This document shows, in pieces, positions 62,812 through 64,000 of a stretch of DNA of 64,000 bases. Each line of letters opens with the position of its first letter. Within the stretch, counting starts at the first letter, position 1. The position numbers were made by a program, and so were the translations under genes. Under the pieces are notes generated by a model that saw only the letters and a list, made by a program, of their open reading frames with translations, had not been told where the DNA came from and searched no databases. Location of the stretch: NCBI GenBank assembly GCA_040437565.1, contig JBDOQK010000020.1, positions 372,001 to 436,000 on the forward strand, read 5' to 3'. Source of the DNA: Albugo candida. Lineage: Eukaryota.

Positions 62812-64000
62812 ATGCATCCACAGAACTTTGAGCAAATGTCGATTGTAAGTCCTTGTTCGGAAGATTTGGAAACTCTAAATGTAAATTTTACCCCAAGTAA
62901 GTCACCCGACTCCATCTTCATCAAATTGTCTACCTCGGAAAGCGTCGATGGAGGAGCCTTACGTGCCGGTGGGGCACTGGATTTGAAATCACGTGCAATG
63001 TTCGGATTATTGTGTCAATATGCGGCGGTCGGATTGGTGTATGGCACTCTACCTCAACTGATCTTACCATTTCTGACGTATTACCTCAACACAGAGGGAA
63101 TCATCACTGCTGCCGCTGCGGCGCTTATGGACGTCCCGTGGGCATTTAAGGCTTTTTTTGGGATGCTATCGGATAATGTGCCGATCAGAGGCTACCGTAG
63201 AAGACCGTATATGATAGTCGGCTGGGTAGTGTCAGCATCTGCATTGTTCATCGCTGGGTCTCTTCGCATGCCAGAGCCGTATTTTCCGAATCCTGCCTGG
63301 CGCGATATCAAGCCCTCCGATTACACTCCTGAGATCACTTCCAGACTAAATTATGATGCTCAACATTCTGGGGGCACTTACGTTCTACTGATGACTCTAG
63401 CGATCCTCGGCTGTTTAGTAGCTGATTGTGCCGCGGATGGTGCGGTGGTTGAGTATGCTCAGCGCGAACCTCTTGCTGTCCGTGGAAGAACACAGACAGC
63501 TGTGTACATAACACGAACACTGGCGATGGCAATTTCTCAAGTAATAATTGGATTTGGGCTGAACACACCAGATTATGGTGGAACTTTCAGCTTTGGACTC
63601 TCAGTTTCAACTATCATGTATTTGCTGGCATTCACATGCATCATAACTATCCCAATCACGTGGGCATTTATTGTGGAAGAGAAACATCAAAGCATGTATT
63701 TCAGTCTTTACATTATGGAGTTGTGGGAGAATATTCAATCTCCAGCGTTTTACAACGTGGTCGGCTTCAGTTTTTTTTATGGAATCTTCGGCTCTGTCGG
63801 CTATGTTGCATTTGATACGATGACAAGTTACTGGGTCGGCGCCACGAGCTTCAGCATTAGTCTCACAATTATTCTGGGCTACGTGATATTCGCTGGAACA
63901 CTTTACGTCACGGGCAAATATGGGCTTAACTGGGATTGGAGATTTATGATTGCGATCACAAATATTGTTTCTATTGGAATGGATGCTGTATGTACAATGT
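62812..64000 (+). CDS. Folate-biopterin transporter (FBT/BT1, MFS), 3' truncated by window edge
   Basis: Open frame from ATG 62812: GGALRAGGA..GLLCQYAAVG..PWAFKAFFGMLSDNVPIRGYRRRPYMIVGW..ADCAADGAVVEYAQREP..RGRTQ. Not in the ORF track because it has no stop within the window. Confidence 0.9.
   Translation, partial: MHPQNFEQMSIVSPCSEDLETLNVNFTPSKSPDSIFIKLSTSESVDGGALRAGGALDLKSRAMFGLLCQYAAVGLVYGTLPQLILPFLTYYLNTEGIITAAAAALMDVPWAFKAFFGMLSDNVPIRGYRRRPYMIVGWVVSASALFIAGSLRMPEPYFPNPAWRDIKPSDYTPEITSRLNYDAQHSGGTYVLLMTLAILGCLVADCAADGAVVEYAQREPLAVRGRTQTAVYITRTLAMAISQVIIGFGLNTPDYGGTFSFGLSVSTIMYLLAFTCIITIPITWAFIVEEKHQSMYFSLYIMELWENIQSPAFYNVVGFSFFYGIFGSVGYVAFDTMTSYWVGATSFSISLTIILGYVIFAGTLYVTGKYGLNWDWRFMIAITNIVSIGMDAVCTM

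Noticed and set aside
1-64000. CRISPR arrays, rRNA, tRNA or prokaryotic operons
   Set aside because: None seen; the window is intron-containing eukaryotic DNA.

Overview
Gene-dense eukaryotic DNA with short (~50-60 nt) GT-AG introns. The gene content (flagellar proteins, FBT-family transporter, secreted effector-like ORFs) fits a zoospore-forming oomycete, possibly Albugo; this is inferred, not verified. Ten 100-N gaps are present. Most are flanked by apparently identical overlaps, so several apparent gene duplications are assembly artefacts. Housekeeping genes: CFAP45-like protein, PMR1/SPCA Ca2+/Mn2+ P-type ATPase, VTT/Tvp38 protein, alpha-actinin, a ~4,650-aa HECT E3 ligase, DHHC palmitoyltransferase, TPR-methyltransferase, TOM40, CRIB-RhoGAP, STK16-like kinase and a folate-biopterin transporter. 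Most interesting: (1) a 4TM-ankyrin-TIR-TIR protein with one catalytic-type and one Glu->Gln TIR; (2) a 7-exon Whirly-like ssDNA-binding gene with a probable mitochondrial presequence, missed by the ORF track; (3) a secreted effector-like protein with SILK + RVxF PP1-docking motifs; (4) an apyrase-like protein lacking catalytic motifs; (5) a possible Nse5/SIMC1-like protein. All family calls come from motif recognition by eye; no database search was run.
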